Part shown: positions 27,517 to 38,049 of the stretch, one piece after another
How the letters are laid out: every line of letters starts with the position of its first letter
Numbering within the stretch: the first letter of the stretch is position 1
From: Bryobacterales bacterium
GTDB taxonomy: Bacteria; Acidobacteriota; Terriglobia; Bryobacterales; Bryobacteraceae
DNA: 64,000 nucleotides
Reading direction: 5' to 3'
Assembly: GCA_027459465.1 (NCBI GenBank)
Contig: DAIDIH010000410.1
Location: 21,192-85,191, forward strand
Program-made: the position numbers and the translations under genes
The notes under the pieces: generated by a model
What the model saw: only the letters and a program-made list of their open reading frames with translations
Database searches by the model: none
What the model was told of the DNA's origin: nothing

Positions 27517-28113
27517 AGAACGCACATCTGCGCTTTGGCTTCGCGGAGTTTGAAAAGACTCAGAAGACCACGGCCATGAAGGTTCGGCTCACCGCAGATC
27601 AATTCATCGGGGAACCAGAATCGGGCAAGGCGCATCTGCTGTCCGTGATCGGCGGGGATTCCGACGTGGGCGCCGTCTACGCGGCCATTCAGTTGCACGA
27701 ATCCCTGCTCGTCGGAGGCCCCGACCTGCGAACACGGCACTACCGGTTTGGAGAACACGCAAGCTTGTACCGTGGCACGATCAAGGTTCCGGGCCGCCAA
27801 CGACCCGTTCGGCATCTGGTCGCAGCCTCAGCCGACCTGCAAGGCGCGGGCGAGCCGGGGTCTATCATCCTGCACCGCAACTCACCGGATTTCCATCCTT
27901 CGTCGGCTTGCGAGCGCCCTTGGTTTGCCGTTGCTGCCCGCATGGGCCAACTGGCTCTCCTTGCAGTTGCAATCACAAAAACGCATCCACAGACTCGCAG
28001 GACTTAACTGCTCGCCGGTCATCGTGACGGGCACAAAAGCCGAATTTCTGGAATGGATCGGAGCCGCCCTGAAAACCGGCGACATCGTGATCCCGCAACC
28101 ACCTACATCGTAG
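27513..28113 (+). CDS. Hypothetical protein between the methyltransferase and the helicase; possible frameshift near 27850-27900
   Basis: ORF 27513..28007 is protein-like only in its first ~120 aa. ORF 27748..28113 ends with a convincing ..VIVTGTKAEFLEWIGAALKTGDIVIPQP. Confidence 0.4.
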
Positions 28114-28144
28114 CCCGCCAATCCCTGCGGGCATAGGAGCCCGC

Positions 28145-30424
28145 ATGGAACTGCCCGACTCAATTTCCGATTACCTCCGTGAATTCTCCACAGAGCTTAG
28201 CGATCAGATCCTTACGTCATTTCCGCCCCTGCATGGTCCCAATGACGTGCCATCTCCCGTGCTCGGAACGCTGTATCGGCAGGCGTTCAAGGCTCAGGAG
28301 GTCGCGATCATGGGCACTCTGCGTCGCCTCGAACGCGCCCGCACCGCCGCGATTATCGGGGAGATGGGTACCGGCAAGACATTTATGGCCATGTCGGCGG
28401 TGCATTGTGAGGCCGCGGGCCGCCCCTACGCCTGTCTGGTCGTAGCCCCGGGTACGCTGGTCGAGAAATGGTCCCGCGAATTGCTTCAGACCATTCCCGG
28501 AGCCAGGGTCTACATGATCGACAGCCTTCGCTCGCAGCGCCCGGGGATGGCCGGACCACAGGGCGTCAATGAAGTGCGTTTACGAAACGGCCGCATTGTC
28601 CGGGATGGCGTCCACACGTCACTGACCGACATGCGGCTCCGGCGCGATCACAAATCCCCATGGCATCGCTGGATCGCGGAACACGGCAAGGGAGCGCATT
28701 TTTTCATCCTGGGACGCGACAAAGGAAAATTAGGCCACTTCTGGCGGCACAGCTTCAACATCGCCCGCTGCGGTCCACACTCCGGCGTCGTGGTCAACCC
28801 CGACAGCGGTCGGCCCATGATCATCGATGAAGATCATCGCCTGCTGCAATCTGACTTCGATCGCAAGGAACGGTTCAGCGAGGTGCTGAACTCCGACCGC
28901 CGCGCTCTGTACAGCCCATTGTGGCAGGCGGATGAGACGAAGATCCGGCGCTATGCACCCATCGAATTCGTGGGCCGCTTTTTACTTGGCTTCTTCCGAT
29001 ACGGCATTGCCGACGAGGTACATGAAGCCAAGGCCGCCGATACCGCCCAGGGCAACGCTCTGGGCAAGTTGGCCGCTGCTGTAGACAAACTCATTGTCCT
29101 CACTGGGACCTTGACCGGCGGTGTCGCTTCGGACGTATTCCACATCCTGTTCCGCATCGACGCACACCGCATGGTTACCCAAGGCTATGAATATGGCGAC
29201 GCAGGCCTGCGCGGCTTTAGCCAGACCTACGGCGTGTTGGAAACGATCACCACCATCGAGGCGGAAGATAATGCCTGCTCCAAAGCGCGAGTCACCCGGC
29301 AAGTCAAGCAGAAGCCAGGCGCTTCTCCCCTGCTGTTCGGCAGGTTCCTCATGGATCTCGCCGCTTTCGTGTCCCTCGAAGACATCTCGGCCCAGTTGCC
29401 GCCGTACACCGAAGAAGTCGTTACGGTTCCCATGGACGAGGAATTGGCGAAGGCATATAAAGGACTCGAAGAGGATATCACGGAAGCGCTTCGCGAACAT
29501 CGGGGCAACTCATCCGTTGCAAGCACGGCTCTGAATATTTTGCTTTTGTACCCGGATAGACCTTTTAATATCGGACCGCTATATGGCTCCGAATACGATC
29601 CCGAGACGCGGCGCCGCGAGCGGTTTCTGATCGCCACTCCGGCCGACCTCGACGAAGACTTCCTCTATGCCAAAGAACGCAAGCTTATCGAGATCGTGCA
29701 AGAGGAACTCAAGAACAACCGCGGCGTCCAGATCTATGCGACCTACACTCAGAAGCGAGACGTGACTCACCGGCTGCTGCACATCCTTGAGCGAGCCGGG
29801 ATCCGCAGCGCAATCCTTACAACCGATACGCCGCCTGAACAACGGGAGGCCTGGTACGAGCGTAAATTGAAGGCGGGCGTTCACGTGTTCATTTCCCACC
29901 CACGCCTTATCCAGGTCGGACTCGATCTGCTATGCGCTCCCGCCATTATCTGGTATCAGACCGGATATTCCACTTTCACGCTGCGGCAAGCCAGCCGCCG
30001 AAGCTGGCGGATCGGACAAAAGCGGCCAGTCTCGGTGCGTTTTCTCTGCTATGACCAGACCGCGCAGGTCGGGTGCCTTCGGCTGATGGGCAAGAAACTG
30101 CTGGTGTCCATGGCGCTCGAAGGTAAGTTTGTCGATTCCGAATTGCAGTCGATGGACGAGGGTGATGACGTGCTGACCTTGCTCGCGCGAGAGCTTGTGA
30201 TGAATCGTGGCGTGGGTGAATCTGCGGATGCCGTGTGGCGCCAGCTTCGCGCGCAGTCCGGCGTCGTTCATCGCGCTGACGAACCTGAACCGATGGCAGA
30301 GCCCGTTCCAGTGGCACTGCCGAGACGCCAGTCGAGTTCGGACCTCGTGTTCGGGCAGACGATCAATCCGGAACGGAAGCGCTCCCCGGCGCAGACGCCC
30401 GTCGAGCAATTGGAGCTTTTCTAG
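28145..30424 (+). CDS. SNF2-family (SF2) helicase
   Basis: GEMGTGKT, IADEVHEAK (DExH), LTGTLTGG, QASRRSWRIGQKRPV (motif VI). Confidence 0.8.
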   Translation: MELPDSISDYLREFSTELSDQILTSFPPLHGPNDVPSPVLGTLYRQAFKAQEVAIMGTLRRLERARTAAIIGEMGTGKTFMAMSAVHCEAAGRPYACLVVAPGTLVEKWSRELLQTIPGARVYMIDSLRSQRPGMAGPQGVNEVRLRNGRIVRDGVHTSLTDMRLRRDHKSPWHRWIAEHGKGAHFFILGRDKGKLGHFWRHSFNIARCGPHSGVVVNPDSGRPMIIDEDHRLLQSDFDRKERFSEVLNSDRRALYSPLWQADETKIRRYAPIEFVGRFLLGFFRYGIADEVHEAKAADTAQGNALGKLAAAVDKLIVLTGTLTGGVASDVFHILFRIDAHRMVTQGYEYGDAGLRGFSQTYGVLETITTIEAEDNACSKARVTRQVKQKPGASPLLFGRFLMDLAAFVSLEDISAQLPPYTEEVVTVPMDEELAKAYKGLEEDITEALREHRGNSSVASTALNILLLYPDRPFNIGPLYGSEYDPETRRRERFLIATPADLDEDFLYAKERKLIEIVQEELKNNRGVQIYATYTQKRDVTHRLLHILERAGIRSAILTTDTPPEQREAWYERKLKAGVHVFISHPRLIQVGLDLLCAPAIIWYQTGYSTFTLRQASRRSWRIGQKRPVSVRFLCYDQTAQVGCLRLMGKKLLVSMALEGKFVDSELQSMDEGDDVLTLLARELVMNRGVGESADAVWRQLRAQSGVVHRADEPEPMAEPVPVALPRRQSSSDLVFGQTINPERKRSPAQTPVEQLELF

Positions 30425-30819
30425 GTATTTGCCGGACAGATTGTCCCACCTGAGCGGCAAGCGGTCGGGCTTTCGGCTCCGGCGCTTCCATGAATAGGCC
30501 TCTCCGCGCGGACATCTTTTCGAGATGTAACACGAAATACCACACCCGCGGACCGTACAGCGTCGACGGCTCGATACGTACACCGAACCCAGTCTTAAAC
30601 ATCCGCTTGCACGAGCGGGACCGAACGCCCTGAAGGGCTTGACCTGCTCATGCTTCTTGCTTGCCTGAGCAACGTAAAGAGCATCCCAAAAGCGATCCAC
30701 GACTGCGGCGGGCAAGGAACGTGAATCTCGTCTGGAATCTCGTTCGGCGGTCCGCGCCCAGCACATAAAAACGCCCGAAGCGACTCCCTTTCGCGGGTGT
30801 ACCACAGGAGCACCTATTT

Positions 30820-31149
30820 ATGGAATTACTTTCTGAAGAGATTAAGAAGAGTCTGCCCGCATTGTATTCACAGGAATCATCACCGAATCCAAATGTGTAC
30901 GCGAAATTCTTTACCCCCGATGCCGGCTGGACGTGGTTCGTCACGGAAGGCTCTGAGGAAAGCGAAGATTGGTTGCTGTTCGGATACGTGATCGGGCTTG
31001 AGGAGGAGTGGGGATATTTCCTGCTGTCAGAAATCGAGGGTATACGCGGGCCGCTCGGTCTTCCGGTGGAGCGGGATCTGTGGTTTCAGCCAGGCCCAAT
31101 GGACGAAGTGCTTCGGCGCGAGCGGCCGCCGAGCGGGCGCTCTGCTTGA
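30820..31149 (+). CDS. DUF2958-family protein
   Basis: SLPALYSQE...VYAKFFTPDAGWTWFVTEGSE..LLFGYVIGLEEEWGYFLLSEI...VERDLWFQP. Confidence 0.7.
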   Translation: MELLSEEIKKSLPALYSQESSPNPNVYAKFFTPDAGWTWFVTEGSEESEDWLLFGYVIGLEEEWGYFLLSEIEGIRGPLGLPVERDLWFQPGPMDEVLRRERPPSGRSA

Positions 31150-31335
31150 CGACAGATTGTTCCAATCTAGTGATTCGGCGAAGGGATCCGACGGCCGCAA
31201 CGACATCGTAGGACAACGGCTCCCTCGGGCGCGCCACGACACTCCGGGGTGAGTGGCCAGGACTACCCAAGACCGCCGCCGGTGAGTTGTGGAACAGCTC
31301 TCCGACATCCTCCGACATCGCTTCCCGCAGCATGC

Positions 31336-31366
31336 CACTATTTTTCGTGATACACTATTTTTCGTG
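31336..31366 (+). promoter_or_regulatory. Two 14-bp direct repeats (CACTATTTTTCGTG), likely the vapBC operator
   Basis: 31336-31349 and 31353-31366. The second copy ends in the proposed GTG start of vapB. Confidence 0.5.
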
Positions 31367-31606
31367 GAGAATCGTAACATTACGTTGAGCTTGCCCCGAG
31401 AGTTGTTGAGGCGAATTAAGCGCCTGGCGGCCGATCGCGACACATCGGTTTCTTCCATGATGATCGAGGCGCTCACTCGCTTGGCAGACGAGGATCGCCG
31501 CTACTCAGCCGCTCGCAAGCAGGCACTTGCCGCTCTGCGGTCCGCTCGATCGCTCGGCACCGGTGGTCGGCGAACCTGGTCCCGCGACGAGCTCCATGAG
31601 CGCTGA
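31364..31606 (+). CDS. vapB: Ribbon-helix-helix antitoxin (VapB/CopG-like)
   Basis: ITLSLPRELLRRIKRLAADRDTSVSSMMIEAL. The stop overlaps the vapC start. Confidence 0.65.
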   Translation: MENRNITLSLPRELLRRIKRLAADRDTSVSSMMIEALTRLADEDRRYSAARKQALAALRSARSLGTGGRRTWSRDELHER

Positions 31607-32033
31607 ACCCGCAGGAGAGTTCGTCGATGCTAACGTGCTGGTCTACGCCTTCGACGCATCTGCTGGAGCCAAGCAGATAGTGGCAGAGCGCCTGCTGGAG
31701 CGCCTCTGGGATGGCGAAACGGGATGCCTCAGCGTGCAGGTGCTGCAAGAGTTCTTCGTGACCGTCACCCGCAAGGTAGCTGAGCCGCTCTCGATCGATG
31801 AGGCAGCCGATCGGGTTCGAGAGTTCGCGGCATGGAAGATTTTCGCGCCGACCGCGGCCGATGTGCTAGCTGCGATCACACTTCTCAAGCAAGCGCAACT
31901 GAGCTTCTGGGACGCGATGGTGATCGAGGCCGCCGCCCAATCGGGCTGTGATGTCCTATGGACCGAGGACTTGAATGACGGCCAACTCCTGCGCGGAGTT
32001 CGCATTCGCAATCCATTTCGCACGCCGCGTTGA
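31596..32033 (+). CDS. vapC: PIN-domain toxin
   Basis: FVDANVLVYAF, LQEFF, FWDAMVIEAA, LWTEDLNDG (acidic PIN residues). Confidence 0.75.
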   Translation: MSAEPAGEFVDANVLVYAFDASAGAKQIVAERLLERLWDGETGCLSVQVLQEFFVTVTRKVAEPLSIDEAADRVREFAAWKIFAPTAADVLAAITLLKQAQLSFWDAMVIEAAAQSGCDVLWTEDLNDGQLLRGVRIRNPFRTPR

Positions 32034-32164
32034 GACCATAACTTTGCCGCGAAGAAGGCAACTGGGTTTCGGGGCGGTCGAACCACGATATGGAACCCTC
32101 GTGGGGCGAACGGCCATGAAACATAACCTTGCCGCAACCGCAGTTGGGAAGCATATCCTTGCCG
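32032..32164 (+). repeat. Subterminal transposase-binding-site-like repeats of element A (left side)
   Basis: gagaccataactttgccgcgaag 32032-54, gaaacataaccttgccg 32118-34, gaagcatatccttgccg 32148-64. Compare element B sites at 38720-42, 38797-813, 38827-45. Confidence 0.6.
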
Positions 32165-32321
32165 TGAGATCGAGACCCGACATCCTGACCTAGAGCATCG
32201 TAACGTCGGCAAGCTCGAAGTGGCGCGGCAGATGGCCAACCACGAGCGCGCCCCGGACTACCGGCCTTTACGACCGGCGCAACGACCAGGTCGCACTCGA
32301 CGACGCGGAGCAGATTCTCAT

Positions 32322-33539
32322 TTAAGAAGGATCTCGAACTCCCGCTGCAGGTCTCAACCGTCGTGCGGCTGTTTCCGCGCGGAAAAGAAATATCGCGAGA
32401 AGCGCAAGGACGGACTGGACGCCGCTAAAAGCAGCCAGGGCAGTGCCCAGGCCAAGCGAAAGCGCCATCCCGAAGATGAGGCTTCCCAGCCCAAAGCCGC
32501 TAAAGAGCGCGAAGACGTTAAGCCCCATGGCTTGACCTGTCCGCGTTCCTCCGAGATGGGTAACAATGCCCGCAAGAAGCGGCTGCGTCATGTCGTATCC
32601 GAGAGAGAGCACCGTGACCGCCACCGCCGCCACCAGCAAGGGAATAGATGGGATGAGCGCCGCCGCAGCAAACGCGCCGAGGCCCATCCCGAGCGGAATG
32701 AGCCAACGGCGTCCCCACCGGTCCGCCAGACGCCCGATCACGGGACCAAAAAGGAAGCCCGGCACGCCGTAGCCAAGAAGAGCAAGGCCGATGCCGACTT
32801 CCCCGAGGCTGTATTTTTTGGCGAAGTACAATCCGAGCCACGTATAAACGCCGGAGTGAAACACGCCGTTCAGGAGCACGTAGCAATATGTCCGAAGCCC
32901 GCGGGCCGTGCTGACGAGCTCACGATATCCGCGCAGCACCTGCCGCAGCGATGCGCTTGGCTGCGGGGTTCGTAGGTCGAGCAAAGCCACGCGGGGCAGC
33001 AGGAGGACGAGCACCGCTCCGCCCGCGGCGGCGACGCCGAGAAAGAGCATGCGCCAGCCGACAAACGGCTCCAGTACGACGCCGACCGTCGAGCCGAACG
33101 CCATGCCCCCGGCCATCGCCCCGAAAAGCCACCCGAGCGGACGCCCCCGCCTTTCATACTGAAATAAGTCGCCCATGAGCGCCAGGCCAAGCGGCACAAC
33201 GCCGCTCGCTCCGATTCCGGTGATAAACCGCCAGATGATAAGTTGCTGCGCGGTCTGCGCCGTTGCCGTCAGCGCGGTCAGCACGGTGAAGGCCGCGAGC
33301 GACATGAGCATGATCCGCCTTCGCCCAAGCCGGTCTGAAAGAATGCCGTAAAAGAGCGTCGAGATGCCATAGGGAATCAGGTATGCGGGTACGGCGAGCC
33401 CCAGCGTCTGCTCGCTGGTCCCAAACGCTGCCGCGAGATGCGGAATAAGCGGGGCGATCATGTAGGCCTGAAAGAAAATGAAGAACGTCGCCCCCGAGAG
33501 GATACGGACAAGCCTTTCCTCCGGTACTGCGGCCCGCAT
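32322..33539 (-). CDS. MFS transporter
   Basis: 12-TM-like profile and the SDRLGRRRIML loop motif. Confidence 0.75.
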   Translation of the reverse strand: MRAAVPEERLVRILSGATFFIFFQAYMIAPLIPHLAAAFGTSEQTLGLAVPAYLIPYGISTLFYGILSDRLGRRRIMLMSLAAFTVLTALTATAQTAQQLIIWRFITGIGASGVVPLGLALMGDLFQYERRGRPLGWLFGAMAGGMAFGSTVGVVLEPFVGWRMLFLGVAAAGGAVLVLLLPRVALLDLRTPQPSASLRQVLRGYRELVSTARGLRTYCYVLLNGVFHSGVYTWLGLYFAKKYSLGEVGIGLALLGYGVPGFLFGPVIGRLADRWGRRWLIPLGMGLGAFAAAALIPSIPLLVAAVAVTVLSLGYDMTQPLLAGIVTHLGGTRTGQAMGLNVFALFSGFGLGSLIFGMALSLGLGTALAAFSGVQSVLALLAIFLFRAETAARRLRPAAGVRDPS

Positions 33540-33546
33540 GTTATGA

Positions 33547-33876
33547 CTACGCCTCGACGGCCGTGAAACCCGTCTTCACGACCGTCTCCTTGATCTGTTC
33601 CTTCCGCACACGGCCCGGCTCATACTGCACGTAGATGTGCTTCTGCGATACCTTCGACCGGACTTCGCGCACGCCTGGAACCGCAGTCAGAGCCGCGCTG
33701 ATTTTCTCGGCGCACCCTTCGCAGACCATATTCGTCACGAGAAACTCCACGTCCGCGACTGGTCCAGATTCCGCCAGATCATCTTCGCGTTCCCGGTCAA
33801 TCCCACCGCTGCGGGGTCTCTTCAGAAGATAGGACAGTGGTTTTCTTTTCATCGAACCTCCAAAAATGAACTGCAT
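33547..33876 (-). CDS. HMA-domain metallochaperone (CopZ-like), start uncertain
   Basis: VTNMVCEGCAEKISAAL. Confidence 0.65.
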   Translation of the reverse strand: MQFIFGGSMKRKPLSYLLKRPRSGGIDREREDDLAESGPVADVEFLVTNMVCEGCAEKISAALTAVPGVREVRSKVSQKHIYVQYEPGRVRKEQIKETVVKTGFTAVEA

Positions 33877-33881
33877 CGATA

Positions 33882-34232
33882 TCAGGGGCGTATCGTTCGC
33901 TCAAAGGCCGCCTTGAGATCGGCGTCTGTGATCAACCCGTCGAGACGCTCAACCTCTTTGCCATCGCGCAGAATAAGCACCGTAGGGATGCTCTGAACTC
34001 CGAAGCGCTCTGCCACCGCCATGTCGCGTTCAATGTCCACACGATAAACAGGCAGGCGTCCTGCGTATTGCTCGGCCAGGCGCTCCAGGCGTGGCTCCAG
34101 AGTCCGGCAGGGTGGACACGTCGCCTGATAAAAATCCAGGGCGACCGGCCACTTTGTGTGAAACGCCCGTGCTTCGAGGTTGGCACTTGTTAAGGTCTCA
34201 ATCGTTGCCAATGTTGTGCTCCCTCGCTTCAA
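33882..34232 (-). CDS. Thioredoxin
   Basis: FYQATCPPCRTLEP (CPPC), QSIPTVLILRDGKEV. Confidence 0.75.
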   Translation of the reverse strand: MKRGSTTLATIETLTSANLEARAFHTKWPVALDFYQATCPPCRTLEPRLERLAEQYAGRLPVYRVDIERDMAVAERFGVQSIPTVLILRDGKEVERLDGLITDADLKAAFERTIRP

Positions 34233-34459
34233 TCAACGCGCGTCTCGTAACCGGCCTTACTTAAGCGTTCCGCGATCACAGCGGCATCCAGCTTTGCCGC
34301 GTCGAACAGCACCTCGATACGTTGGTTGCGCGCCTGCGCGCGAACCTGCCCCACGCCATCTAGGCCTTTCAGCAGGCCCTCGACGCGCTGCTCGCAGCCC
34401 TCACACACGAGCCGCTGATCGCCGATGACTTCAAAAGTAATGGACTTGAACATAGGCAA
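34229..34459 (-). CDS. HMA-domain protein
   Basis: QRLVCEGCEQRVEGLL. 76 aa. Confidence 0.65.
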   Translation of the reverse strand: MPMFKSITFEVIGDQRLVCEGCEQRVEGLLKGLDGVGQVRAQARNQRIEVLFDAAKLDAAVIAERLSKAGYETRVD

Positions 34460-34468
34460 AACCTTCCC

Positions 34469-36943
34469 TTAATGAGACTCCTGGAGCTGCGCCGGCGCTC
34501 CGGTTGCAATCTGCGGCGGATGCCCGACCGTCTTGATTGCCTCGAAGAAATAGTTGCCGCGGCCCCACAGGGAATTAATGAAGATCGCCGTTACGCTTGC
34601 CGCCATGGCGACCATGCCCCATATCGGGTAGACCAATCCGGTAGCGGCCAACGGAATCCCCAACCCGTTAAAAAGAAATGCGAGGGATACGTTTTGCACG
34701 ATCTTCCGGTAACTACGGCGGCTGATTTCGTAGGCATCGAGCACGGCGCCAACGCGCTTGTTGAGGATGACAACGTCGGCCGATTCGATAGCGATGTCGG
34801 CTCCGCTGCCGAAGGCGATGCCAACCTCGGCTTGCATTAGGGCCGGAGCGTCATTGATGCCGTCGCCTACCATGGCGACGCGAGCGGTCTCCTGCAGCTT
34901 GCGGATCATCGCCGCCTTCTCGGCTGGCAATACGCGCGCATGGACCTCTTCGATGCCAGCGGCACGGGCGAAATGCAGTGCCGCCTGCTCGTTGTCGCCG
35001 GTGATCAGGCTGGTGCGGATGCCGAGCGCGTGGAGCCGGCGCACCGTCTCCGCTGCGTCGGACCGCAGCGCGTCGCCGAGCGCCAGAAGACCGAGAAGCG
35101 TGCCCTCCCGTGCAGCCGCGATGACCGTCAGTCCGCGCCCCTCGAGTTCTTTGATGCGTTCGTCCTGGCGTGCAAGGTTCACTCCTTGGACTGCGAGAAA
35201 AACCGGGCTACCGACTATCAGCCTCGCTTGGCCAAGCCGCGCCCTTACACCGTGACCGGTCAACGCCTCGAATTCCTGCACCTCGGGCAGAGCGATACCG
35301 CGTTTAAACGCCTCTTCTACCACAGCCCGGGCGAGCGGGTGTTCGGACCCGGCCTCCACGGCTCCTGCGAGCGCGAGCAACTCCTCTTCTGAGAAGGCCA
35401 CCGGGACGATCTCCCGTAAAGCGGGACGACCCTCGGTCAGCGTGCCGGTCTTGTCGAAAACCACGCGCTGCACGCGTCGCAGGGCTTGAAACGCTTCGCC
35501 GGTGCGCATCAGCACGCCGCGCTCGGCCCCTTCGCCAGCGCCCCTTACGATCGACAGCGGCGCTGAGATCCCCACTGCGCAGGGATAGCCCATTACGAGC
35601 ACGCTCAGGCCGGCAAACATTGCACGCTGCAGATCGGGGGAGCCTCCGCCGATCACTGGCGCGAGCAGCCAGAAAAGGGTCGCGCCGGCCGCAGTGACGA
35701 GCACGATGGGTGTGTACACGCGCAGCACGCGGTCCACCAGGTGCAGCAGCCCCGGTTTCAGGGCACGGGCGTCTTCCACACTGCGTACCACTTGCCTCAG
35801 AAAACTCTCTTCACCCACCACCGTGACGCGCACGAGCAGCGTGCCGTGACCATTCAGGGCGCCACTCAGAGTCCGGTCTCCTTGGCGTTTCTCGACAGGT
35901 ACCGGCTCGCCAGTGACGAGCGATTCGTCTACGTCCGATTCCCCGGATTCGACCTGACCATCCACCGGAACCCGCTCACCTGGGCGGATTCTCACCAAGT
36001 CGCCGACGCGCACCTGTTCGAGCGGCACCGCTTCGTCCCTGCCATCCTTTACGACATAGGCAACATCAGGCTCAAGGTCCAGAAGCTTCTTGACCGCCTG
36101 CGAGCTGCGGGTTTTCACGATCAGCGACAGCCATTCGGAAAAGATGTGATACGTGAGGACCATGACCGCCACCGAGAAAAACGCCACTGTCGGATAGTTC
36201 GGCGGACGGAATGCCAGGCCGATCAAGCCGCCGGCGAGCCCTGCGAATGCCCCGAATTCAACCAACACGTGCTGGTTGAGAATGCCGCGCCGGAGCGCCA
36301 TGAAGGCCATGCGCACAATGTGCCCGCCCAGACCGAAAATGAGGAACAGGGCGAGCACTCCGGCGAGCCATGGGGTGGCTGCGCCGAACGCGCCGCGCAA
36401 CTGCAGAGCGTAGGTACCGGTCCCCAGCGCGGCTAGAAGCGCCGAGCCGACAACCGCCCAGCGCATGGCGTAGCTGCGCAAGACCACGAAGGAGAAGGCT
36501 ACCAGGCTCGCGATGGAAAACACGCACAGTGCGAACCAAGCGCTATTGACCGGGTACCCGGCCAACCCCATCGCTGCAATGCTCATGGCCAGTGCGGACA
36601 CGAAACGCCTGCGCTCGCGCACCAGCGCTCTCTCTTCTTCATCATACGGACGCAGCTTGCGCGGATCAGAGACGGTATAGCCGATATCCTTGAGCGTCTG
36701 CAGCAGGTCCTCGGCCCGCGCCACGCTCGGGTCGTACTCGATAAGCGCCTGTTCATGCGTCAGACTCACTGCGACTTTGTCCACGCCAGGCCGCCGGCCC
36801 AGCGCCTTCTCGATCGTGCCGGTGCACAACGAACAGTGCAGCCCCCCGATCCGCGCGCGGATTCGGCGGCGGCCCGGCAGTTTGGAGGGTTCCTCGCTCC
36901 AGAAATGTTGAGCGGATTCAACGGCCGTTGTGGTGGTACTCAT
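34469..36943 (-). CDS. P1B-type heavy-metal ATPase with atypical transmembrane metal-site motifs
   Basis: [22 protein letters not shown]; N-terminal HMA-like [10 protein letters not shown]6 is GYPCAVG (not CPC). Later TMs read LFNGLGIP and MAASV. Confidence 0.85.
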   Translation of the reverse strand: MSTTTTAVESAQHFWSEEPSKLPGRRRIRARIGGLHCSLCTGTIEKALGRRPGVDKVAVSLTHEQALIEYDPSVARAEDLLQTLKDIGYTVSDPRKLRPYDEEERALVRERRRFVSALAMSIAAMGLAGYPVNSAWFALCVFSIASLVAFSFVVLRSYAMRWAVVGSALLAALGTGTYALQLRGAFGAATPWLAGVLALFLIFGLGGHIVRMAFMALRRGILNQHVLVEFGAFAGLAGGLIGLAFRPPNYPTVAFFSVAVMVLTYHIFSEWLSLIVKTRSSQAVKKLLDLEPDVAYVVKDGRDEAVPLEQVRVGDLVRIRPGERVPVDGQVESGESDVDESLVTGEPVPVEKRQGDRTLSGALNGHGTLLVRVTVVGEESFLRQVVRSVEDARALKPGLLHLVDRVLRVYTPIVLVTAAGATLFWLLAPVIGGGSPDLQRAMFAGLSVLVMGYPCAVGISAPLSIVRGAGEGAERGVLMRTGEAFQALRRVQRVVFDKTGTLTEGRPALREIVPVAFSEEELLALAGAVEAGSEHPLARAVVEEAFKRGIALPEVQEFEALTGHGVRARLGQARLIVGSPVFLAVQGVNLARQDERIKELEGRGLTVIAAAREGTLLGLLALGDALRSDAAETVRRLHALGIRTSLITGDNEQAALHFARAAGIEEVHARVLPAEKAAMIRKLQETARVAMVGDGINDAPALMQAEVGIAFGSGADIAIESADVVILNKRVGAVLDAYEISRRSYRKIVQNVSLAFLFNGLGIPLAATGLVYPIWGMVAMAASVTAIFINSLWGRGNYFFEAIKTVGHPPQIATGAPAQLQESH

Positions 36944-36964
36944 ACGACAAAACTCCCTTCCTTC

Positions 36965-37651
36965 CTAAAGCAGGGCGATGAACGCCCTTGTGTAATACAG
37001 GCTGACGAAGATGAGGGCGCAGCCGCTCGCAACCTGAATGGCCCCTCTCCAGGAACCCAACCGGGTGAACCGCATCAATGCTCCGGCGAAAAAACCCGCG
37101 AGCAGGAACGGCAACCCGCGCCCAATGCCGAACGCCAGCGCCAGGATGAACCCGTATTCAGGCCGGGCCTGGGCCGCCGCCACAGTCAGCAACAGCAGCA
37201 GCGGCGCGGCCGAGGTTCCCAGGCTGAAAATGAACCCGTAGAGAAACGTCCCGGCCAGACCGGTTCCGCGCAAGGAAGCGAGCTTCTGTACGCTCAGCCG
37301 CGGACCCCGGAACGCCGCCAGCGCGGCAATCATGGAAACCAGCGCCATCCCCAGAGCCCAGCAACGGCCGAACGATTCCGTCAGAACAGCCCCCAGACGG
37401 CCCGCCAGGCTGCCAAGAATGGTGAGGTTGACGACGATGCCGGCGAAGAACGCTATCGCGATCAGAAACCCATCGCGACGATTGTCCTTCGCGGAACTGC
37501 CCACCACGCCCGCGACTCCCAGGCCGACCGGAACCGTACACGGACACACCGCGCTTGCGACGACGCCGGCCAGGATCGTCACGAGCACCGCCCACAGCGA
37601 CCCGTGGGGCAAACTCGATGCGAATCTTTTGAGAAATTCGTCGAGCATCAT
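36965..37651 (-). CDS. CcdA/DsbD-family thiol-disulfide transmembrane electron transporter
   Basis: SAVCPCTVPVGLG in TM1, six-TM-like profile, FGIGRGLPF. Confidence 0.7.
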   Translation of the reverse strand: MMLDEFLKRFASSLPHGSLWAVLVTILAGVVASAVCPCTVPVGLGVAGVVGSSAKDNRRDGFLIAIAFFAGIVVNLTILGSLAGRLGAVLTESFGRCWALGMALVSMIAALAAFRGPRLSVQKLASLRGTGLAGTFLYGFIFSLGTSAAPLLLLLTVAAAQARPEYGFILALAFGIGRGLPFLLAGFFAGALMRFTRLGSWRGAIQVASGCALIFVSLYYTRAFIALL

Positions 37652-38037
37652 CGCGGCGCCTCGTCTGGGACAGGTGTACCGGCCTTGTAGCCGAGCTGGT
37701 TGATCGCCGCCACGAGCTGCGCCGGCAAAACCTTGCCTTCGCTGTAACGCACCAGCGCCTCGCGCCGTTCAAGGCTGATCTCCGCCTCCTGCACACCGGG
37801 AACAGATTTCAGGGCCTTCTTGACGTTGCCCGCACACACGGTGCAGATCATTCCCTCGACGGGAATTCGCACGGTCTTCGTTTGGCCGACAGCGGCTTGT
37901 GCGCTGACGCCGGCACGGTGCTGCCCTATGGCAATAATGCACACCGCGCCCGCGCCAAGTACGGCGATGGCGACGAGTATTAACCAAACTGGCGCTACTG
38001 CATTTCGTTTTTCAGCCATCGTCCTTCCCCTTCTCAC
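37648..38037 (-). CDS. Membrane-anchored HMA-domain (MerP-like) protein
   Basis: N-terminal TM, then VEGMICTVCAGNVKKAL. Confidence 0.65.
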   Translation of the reverse strand: MRRGRTMAEKRNAVAPVWLILVAIAVLGAGAVCIIAIGQHRAGVSAQAAVGQTKTVRIPVEGMICTVCAGNVKKALKSVPGVQEAEISLERREALVRYSEGKVLPAQLVAAINQLGYKAGTPVPDEAPR

Positions 38038-38049
38038 TGCGAGTCCTCA

